Of a DNA stretch of 64,000 nt, positions 61,001 to 64,000 are shown one piece after another. The stretch comes from Diadema antillarum. Taxonomy: Eukaryota. How positions within the stretch are numbered: the first letter of the stretch is position 1; every line of letters starts with the position of its first letter. The stretch covers positions 372,001-436,000 of the forward strand of contig NW_027271157.1 in the NCBI RefSeq assembly GCF_040938485.1, given 5' to 3'. The notes beneath the pieces were generated by a model. That model ran no database searches. It was given only the letters and a program-made list of their open reading frames with translations, and was not told the origin of the DNA. The translations under genes and the position numbers were made by a program.

Positions 61001-63209
61001 TAACTCATACACAGCCTATATTTGAAGAAGTTTAGATTATTGTTAATATACTATCTGCATTTTTATGTACTCGTACCTTAATGATATCTTGCCCAAAATT
61101 TTCGGCAACTGTTTCACTCTTACTCAGGTTAGAAATACATATAATACTAGGCAATTTCACAATTTGTATATTCCAAATCATAGATAATATAATCAGACGA
61201 ACAATATATCATGCTGGTTCTTTTTATGAAATGCCTTACCGAATGGCTTTAAGTGTACGAACAGTCTGAATTTATTCAAGAAAAGATATAGCATACATCT
61301 ATTAAGTCAATAATTTTTCTGCTTTATATGATTTTTAATTATGTTATTCAATTCAATTCAAAGTTTATTTCATTTTTCGACAAAACATATGTTTCACTTC
61401 TTTTGATAACAGAGAATTAGGTAAATAGAACATAGTGAAACGAAAAGACTGTACAACAATTGAGGACCTATAGTAATCATATATTGTATAGTAAAAAAGA
61501 AACAGACAGTTATTATGCATTTGAGGATTAACACATTGTGCTAACTTGCTTTGTTGTCTTGCCTCCTGTCGGTTTTGCACTTTGTAGTGTCTTCTGTTTA
61601 AGTTTTTATGTGTGTTTGGTCTTGTCCATATAGTTGAATATATTTCTTGGGGATTGACCTTGAAAGGCTGGTTTAAGCCTATGTTGATTCCTCCACTTCT
61701 CTTACAGCCTATAGATATGTTTTAAATGTATTTCATTTGCCTTACGATGTACGCTGTATTGTACAATGTAACTGTATTTTTTTATCAGATTTGTAGAAAT
61801 AAATTGAATTGAATTGAATTGAGTTGATATGAATTGAATGTAATTTCTATTTTCACCATTGGTGTCAAACACTGCGAGTAATGTAATTCGCAGTTGCAAA
61901 ATCATGATTGCTATCTCAACGTATGTTGTAAATTAATTTCTGCTTGGGTTATCCTCATCAATCTTCTCTGTTTCTTCTTCTTGCGTCTGGGTCAACAGCT
62001 CTTCCAAGACACCCACTGCCATTCGCGGCAAAAAATATCTTCTAAGATGAGCGATGGATGGAGAAACAGGACCGGGCGTTCACCCGCTGGCTAAACTACA
62101 TCTAAACCCCCGGAGGTGGGCACGCCCAAGGACCCCAACAAGTGCAGTGGTGATTGTTTGTACATGATCAAAGGATGTGTATTATTGCTATCTCTCATTA
62201 AGACATACATTGTATTGATATGTGTACATACAAAGGGTATCCATTCATAATTTTCCCCCTGGTCTTTGCATTCTACAGGTTAAACTGAACTGCTTCATAA
62301 AAACTACCTAAAACGACGTGTTTTTTTTTTTTTTTTTTTTTTGGTTCACATTGCGATGCTCGGGTTTTTGCCGTCAGGAAGTTTATAAAGCAAGGACGAG
62401 GAAGAAGAGTAAAGAATAAGACAGGCTGAATACTTACAAACATTCCATAATTCCAGGACATTTCAATGTCTGTATAAATAATAGAATACAGTCTTACTCT
62501 TGGTTGTTTATACAGAAGCGTTATTAAAGTAATCAAAACCACGATGATAACGGAGAAGTGGTAATTCTATTGAGATACGATAACAGTAGGTAACAATCAT
62601 GGCGACAATGATGATAATATAACTATAAAATCGCAAAAACAAAATGTCACGATGTGAGGTGGAAAGAATATGAATATTACGGTGACGACACCACTATCTT
62701 TATTTAACTCAGACAAATGGAGCGCAATATCTTGTATCTTGTAGCTCCTTTATTAGAAAATAAATATTTTAAAAATCGTAACATACTGGTATTCCCTTAC
62801 CATCCGAGGGCGCTCTAACCCCAAACCAGTCCACCAGTTCTTCATCCGACATGTAGTGATGAATCTATAAGGGAATGTGTAGATCAATATAGTATCATAA
62901 CAATTATAATCATAGTGCACACCATAACTATACACACGTTTTACACGTTCCACATATGGAAGTGTTTCCTTACAATGTAATTGTAATGGACATAAAATCA
63001 TAGATTCATTATTAGTATCCATGGCCTAAACAGACTTCCGGGCACCCTGAAGCCATGCACTTACACTTGATGGAAAATTGCAATTACAAGAAAGGCGACC
63101 ACCACGTTAAGACATCCAATCTCACCGTGTGTTGCTGCTTTAGAGACGATCCCTCAACTATATACAGAAGAAAGACAGCGACAAGTGCCAGATAGATGCT
63201 CAAATCCAT
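22596..63209 (-). CDS. ADAMTS-family metalloprotease with C-terminal CUB domain (ADAMTS13-like architecture), 24 exons, 1072 aa
   Basis: All 24 exons have AG/GT boundaries and compatible phases, summing to 3219 nt with no internal stop. Domains: signal peptide, prodomain, M12B ([12 protein letters not shown], HVM Met-turn), disintegrin-like, TSR, Cys-rich (CGVCGG), spacer, 2 TSR, CUB. Confidence 0.93.
23451..23647 (-). CDS. ADAMTS exon 23 (first half of CUB)
   Basis: TCNLTISASTGHFSSPNHPGAYPPNIDCIW...CVFDIVE; phase 1 to 0. Confidence 0.93.
24972..25159 (-). CDS. ADAMTS exon 22 (TSR3)
   Basis: WEVGDWEDCNVPCGMGVRSRKVFC...CHLPPCTDD; phase 2 to 1. Confidence 0.93.
25583..25715 (-). CDS. ADAMTS exon 21 (second half of TSR2)
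   Basis: ILRSEVTCKE...CNTFNCPF; phase 1 to 2. Confidence 0.9.
26252..26390 (-). CDS. ADAMTS exon 20 (end of spacer, start of TSR2)
   Basis: IYKTNT...YEWAVEKSDCSKTCGF; phase 0 to 1. Confidence 0.9.
26861..27015 (-). CDS. ADAMTS exon 19 (spacer)
   Basis: VIAGEQ...ENIHIRGPTSTNLTVQ; phase 1 to 0. Confidence 0.88.
27910..27987 (-). CDS. ADAMTS exon 18 (spacer start)
   Basis: FEPVLEIPNGSTFVNVTNFNNDCHL; phase 1 to 1. Confidence 0.9.
28946..29066 (-). CDS. ADAMTS exon 17 (end of Cys-rich domain)
   Basis: NFACDFDSNSSRVYDACGVCGGNQTTC...; acceptor is the second AG of CAGTAG. Confidence 0.9.
30139..30290 (-). CDS. ADAMTS exon 16 (Cys-rich)
   Basis: ISDDEFCQQSC...FVDGTRC...MCVGGECR; phase 1 to 0. Confidence 0.92.
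30567..30678 (-). CDS. ADAMTS exon 15 (end of TSR1, start of Cys-rich)
   Basis: DCVDRNQLRYAQEQCATRDALPYKGELLLWEPYTDRK; phase 0 to 1. Confidence 0.92.
31254..31598 (+). pseudogene. Internally deleted Harbinger transposase remnant (outer copy)
   Basis: N-terminal RRFWTRPWLLRRPKYGHYETLMAELAGED resembles the Harbinger transposase N-terminus; it jumps to a C-terminal-like tail and has no DDE core. Confidence 0.65.
33100..34681 (-). pseudogene. Myb/SANT-like (MADF-type) Harbinger accessory gene remnant (outer copy), spliced
   Basis: FTEEQKVELAEWYRDHDCLYNRRLKSYKDTAKK, donor GTAAGT at 34178, next exon LNNFLKSMKTQYSRLTNPKSG...WILNTF; contains frameshifts. Confidence 0.75.
33266..33442. mobile_element. 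177-bp Harbinger-like MITE, CTG TSD, nested in the outer copy
   Basis: CTG|GGCCCCGTTGCTAGAAA ... TTTCTTGCAACGGGGCC|CTG; absent from the inner copy (empty site near 42900). Confidence 0.85.
35467..35784 (+). pseudogene. Internally deleted Harbinger transposase remnant (inner copy)
   Basis: Near-identical to 31254-31598, with the same deletion. Confidence 0.65.
37059..37098 (-). ncRNA. Hammerhead-like motif (left-arm copy)
   Basis: Reverse complement of 42231-42270. Confidence 0.4.
37796..39880 (-). CDS. Penelope polyprotein, 5'-truncated (RT plus GIY-YIG endonuclease)
   Basis: Open for 694 aa: KPADKGG, LDVVSLYTNIP, QGTAMGT, RYIDD, Cys knuckle CGNKRCQIC, VVYSLTC...YIGET..FRQRFNNH. Confidence 0.92.
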   Translation of the reverse strand: MVAKRRPAVPSGRNPFIDSFVSNVERHLDKLLKETEREPSSNISRKQQDAIRSLRDNADITIKPADKGGAVTIQDTADYINEAERQLSDTRFYKKLDSDPTSLFTKEAETLCNNLKHIDKREAKQLVPSKPVTSRFYTLPKIHKLPTMVANATDKNAEDLETSEITELSREHKIIPPGRPIVSSVGSLTEPMSAFIDKYLQGVLHNVESYVKDTNDFLNRLDNIQLPPNCTLVTLDVVSLYTNIPHSDGVNALRRFLTKHDPSSDMPIEDICRLAQFILKHNYFTFDDECFLQTQGTAMGTKFAPAYASIFMAVLEEEFLSKETLKPSMFVRYIDDIFLIWPHSDEQLSEFHSKLNMVHPDIKFTMDSSRSEVHFLDVTIRKEGGKLNTSVYHKPTDRQTYLKYNSFHPNHIKRSIVYSQMLRYRRIISDHKEFLDASLKLGQKFVAAGYPLDIVQAGRDRAIAKRRSSLLHHDNLKPKDSHTRKVFVTTYHPTSQQFMKEVRKEWPTLKQVQSVAPELTARPLHAQRQPRNLKSLLTRSRVNRTINPTGNHKCGNKRCQICAHLITDTDITLGSGHTLHPTSGDCNSKNVVYSLTCKQCPLAVYIGETTNFRQRFNNHKSTIIRSQTQHPVAQHFNKPNHTLTDLQCCILYKDMEAFEERHVKELKTIIRTRSFQGQGMNIDLSWLTNYTFYK
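39885..41533 (+). CDS. Penelope polyprotein, shorter inverted copy
   Basis: Protein identical to the left arm from TMVANATD to the stop; the N-terminal 28 aa of the track ORF are junction artefact. Confidence 0.9.
42231..42270 (+). ncRNA. Minimal hammerhead-ribozyme-like motif in the Penelope 3' region
   Basis: ACAC-TTGAGAAA-GGGCG-gcgaga-CGCCC-GAAA-ATTT-GTGT: stem I ACAC/GTGT, variant core, 5-bp stem II, palindromic AATT as stem III. Confidence 0.45.
42740..45248 (-). pseudogene. Myb/SANT-like (MADF-type) gene remnant (inner copy)
   Basis: Homologous to 33100-34681; frameshift in the poly-T near 44970; 1.1-kb insertion in the intron. Confidence 0.7.
43486..44578. mobile_element. Insertion built from a ~27-bp unit, TCAGTTG direct repeats; contains a LINE 3' end
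   Basis: Absent in the outer copy; five unit copies in both orientations; (TTGAAC)n tail and AATAAA on the - strand at 43816-43852. Confidence 0.65.
46363..46569. other. Assembly gap (N run) next to a (GAT)n microsatellite
   Basis: Seen directly. Confidence 1.
46809..46872 (-). CDS. ADAMTS exon 14 (second half of TSR1)
   Basis: PSFGGANCIGLDTILEVCNIF; phase 2 to 0; weak acceptor (catggag). Confidence 0.85.
47050..47478. mobile_element. TA-flanked MITE-like repeat, copy a
   Basis: Terminal inverted CCAGTTCGTAATT; reverse-complement homologue of 48158-48571. Confidence 0.7.
47732..47883 (-). CDS. ADAMTS exon 13 (end of disintegrin-like, first half of TSR1)
   Basis: WCIGGECV...[32 protein letters not shown]; phase 0 to 2. 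Confidence 0.94.
48158..48571. mobile_element. TA-flanked MITE-like repeat, copy b (inverted relative to copy a)
   Basis: Same termini and internal sequence in the opposite orientation. Confidence 0.7.
48755..48859 (-). CDS. ADAMTS exon 12 (disintegrin-like)
   Basis: [35 protein letters not shown]; phase 0 to 0. Confidence 0.93.
49185..52345 (+). mobile_element. CR1/L2-group LINE, decayed: ORF1 fragment joined to a 5'-truncated ORF2
   Basis: ORF1-like EQYSRRNCLRIFGVPE...EDLT; APE motif IGDFNIDLL; RT GVPQGSILGP and FADD. One in-frame stop (49833-49835) and one frameshift (~50320); ends AATAAA plus (CTTGAAA)n. Confidence 0.88.
50527..51960 (+). pseudogene. LINE ORF2 reverse-transcriptase segment
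   Basis: 477-aa open frame: NYRPIS, QYGFR, FLDLSKAFDT, LFADD, LWNSLP; disconnected from the endonuclease part. Confidence 0.88.
52666..52816 (-). CDS. ADAMTS exon 11 (end of catalytic domain, start of disintegrin-like)
   Basis: SPISHCLNNRP...PGQIFHRDEQCKFLY...CSQKM; phase 2 to 0. Confidence 0.9.
52935..53540. mobile_element. Kolobok-like MITE with TTAA TSD
   Basis: TTAA|AGCGGAAATCCGGTCC ... AGACTGGATTCCCCT|TTAA; imperfect TIRs. Confidence 0.55.
54165..54299 (-). CDS. ADAMTS exon 10 (third zinc His and Met-turn)
   Basis: [21 protein letters not shown]...WSSCSVEYLHTFL; phase 2 to 2. Confidence 0.95.
54301..54600. repeat. (GAG)n / (GAA)n polypurine low-complexity tract
   Basis: Seen directly; abuts the exon 10 acceptor. 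Confidence 0.95.
55319..55480 (-). CDS. ADAMTS exon 9 (HEIGH)
   Basis: HDLTRND...[21 protein letters not shown]; phase 2 to 2. Confidence 0.95.
56070..56194 (-). CDS. ADAMTS exon 8 (catalytic)
   Basis: MDPVIEPDARTSLRNFCKWQ...HFDVAALIT; phase 0 to 2. Confidence 0.94.
56570..56690 (-). mobile_element. Probable tRNA-derived SINE fragment
   Basis: B-box GGTTCGAATCC (plus 56633-56643) with an A-box-like TAGCGGGTAAGG about 30 nt upstream; no full cloverleaf. Confidence 0.45.
56845..57006. mobile_element. Short MITE (CAGTGGCGGATCCAG ... CTGGATCCGCCCCTG); related copy at about 2625-2770
   Basis: 15-bp TIRs seen directly. Confidence 0.6.
57711..57794 (-). CDS. ADAMTS exon 7 (catalytic)
   Basis: AAGAFRSASISASISLHVVRCVVLETDQ; phase 0 to 0. 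Confidence 0.88.
58499..58644 (-). CDS. ADAMTS exon 6 (processing site, start of catalytic domain)
   Basis: KSEIVRRSAPDVLGGNHKYIELMVVADSTMVGYHGNELENYLKTVMSI; phase 1 to 0. Confidence 0.93.
59348..59522 (-). CDS. ADAMTS exon 5 (prodomain)
   Basis: NGLVSTTDSDFFIREV...YPHLAVRRPRTSCHGY; phase 0 to 1. Confidence 0.88.
59947..60095 (-). CDS. ADAMTS exon 4 (prodomain)
   Basis: VFSPSLL...NCHYRGDIIGDNQSAIEISVCKGHL; phase 1 to 0. Confidence 0.9.
60729..60902 (-). CDS. ADAMTS exon 3 (prodomain)
   Basis: PEYEIVYP...LYYALIAFGRKHVLRLKKDD; phase 1 to 1. Confidence 0.88.
61999..62149 (+). pseudogene. ASPM: Isolated pseudogenised ASPM/asp exon
   Basis: [35 protein letters not shown] matches the recalled ASPM motif [36 protein letters not shown]. 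Stops at 62043 and 62103; intact upstream polypyrimidine tract and CAG. Confidence 0.85.
62801..62864 (-). CDS. ADAMTS exon 2 (start of prodomain)
   Basis: IHHYMSDEELVDWFGVRAPSD; phase 0 to 1. Confidence 0.85.
63126..63209 (-). CDS. ADAMTS exon 1 (signal peptide)
   Basis: MDLSIYLALVAVFLLYIVEGSSLKQQHT|gtgaga. Confidence 0.85.
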
Positions 63210-63252
63210 TTCCCGCGCGCTTCCCGCTTTCCGTTTGAACCAGACAATCACG

Positions 63253-63259
63253 CTTTATA
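63253..63259 (-). promoter_or_regulatory. Candidate TATA box of the ADAMTS gene
   Basis: TATAAAG on the - strand, 44 nt upstream of the ATG. Confidence 0.4.
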
Positions 63260-63543
63260 CATACTCTCTATAGTTTGAGACCGAGTAGATCTACACCACT
63301 TAGATTTGAATAGGCAGTGGCGTAACCCATGTCAAGACACAATCACATGGGTTGAAAAATATGCATCCCAACATACTGGTATCCCCAACGTAAGAGCTAT
63401 GGTATCTTGGCGCACCTGTTGTTTAGTGTGAAATAATTTCTTTTCTCTCGAGAATACCAAATGTATTATTCCTGTCAGGACAAATCGTAGGAATGTATTG
63501 AAAGGGGTTTCTGGTTCGAGGCATGCATAAAAGCGTAGTCCTA

Positions 63544-63999
63544 AGGCTGCGTTCACATAGAAGTATTCGGTATTCGGTATTCGGTATTCGCTATTCGCTA
63601 TTCGCTATTCGCTATTCGGGCACCGAGTAAACCATCACCCGCACCGTCAAATCACCATCCCATGCAGTGAGGATTTCTTCCTCCTACATCCCAGCAAATC
63701 TTATTAACAATTTCTAAATTGCATCAGAATGTCAGTCTACATGCTTATTTTTGCTAAAGGGCAAATCCAGACCAAAATTGTCATTATTTCATAAACGAGA
63801 GACGGTATACGCTGCAAGAAAATCGAACAAGCTCGATTCCCACTTTGCTATACTATTCGCAGCTATTCGGTACTTTCGAATAGTGCCCTCTTATGTGAAC
63901 CGGTGTGAGGAAATCCTATCGTTCGATTCAAGCTATTCGCGTGCCCTCGAAAACGAGCCCCGAATACCCGAATAGTATACTTCTATGTGAACGCAGCCT
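63544..63999. mobile_element. Harbinger-like MITE upstream of the ADAMTS gene
   Basis: AGGCTGCGTTCACATAGAAGTAT ... ATACTTCTATGTGAACGCAGCCT; subterminal (TATTCGG/C)n; right TSD lies beyond the window. Confidence 0.75.
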
Positions 64000-64000
64000 T

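Noticed and set aside
7843-63209. Functional coupling of the neighbouring tetraspanin and metalloprotease (cf. TspanC8-ADAM10)
   Set aside because: The protease is a secreted ADAMTS, not a membrane ADAM; this tetraspanin has 6 loop cysteines, not 8; convergent adjacency alone is not evidence.

Overview
Animal genomic DNA, AT-rich and repeat-dense; the repeat spectrum suggests a marine invertebrate, possibly an echinoderm-like deuterostome (inference). Two spliced genes converge tail-to-tail, both reconstructed by hand from GT-AG boundaries and exon phases. (1) A + strand tetraspanin with 6 coding exons (7843-16250, 254 aa), whose last exon is split by an apparently spurious N-gap. (2) A complete - strand ADAMTS metalloprotease with 24 exons (63209-22596, 3219 nt, 1072 aa): signal peptide, long prodomain, intact [12 protein letters not shown] zinc site, disintegrin-like, TSR1, Cys-rich, spacer, two more TSRs and a C-terminal CUB domain, an ADAMTS13-like architecture. 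ADAMTS intron 14 is about 95% one nested transposon stack: a non-autonomous PIF/Harbinger element (TAA TSD) contains a second copy of itself (TTA TSD), which in turn carries a 2.45-kb-armed fold-back Penelope retroelement with a hammerhead-like motif. Other introns hold a decayed CR1/L2-group LINE, many MITEs and a pseudogenised ASPM exon. No prokaryotic features, rRNA or CRISPR arrays were seen. Most short ORFs in the supplied track are spurious.
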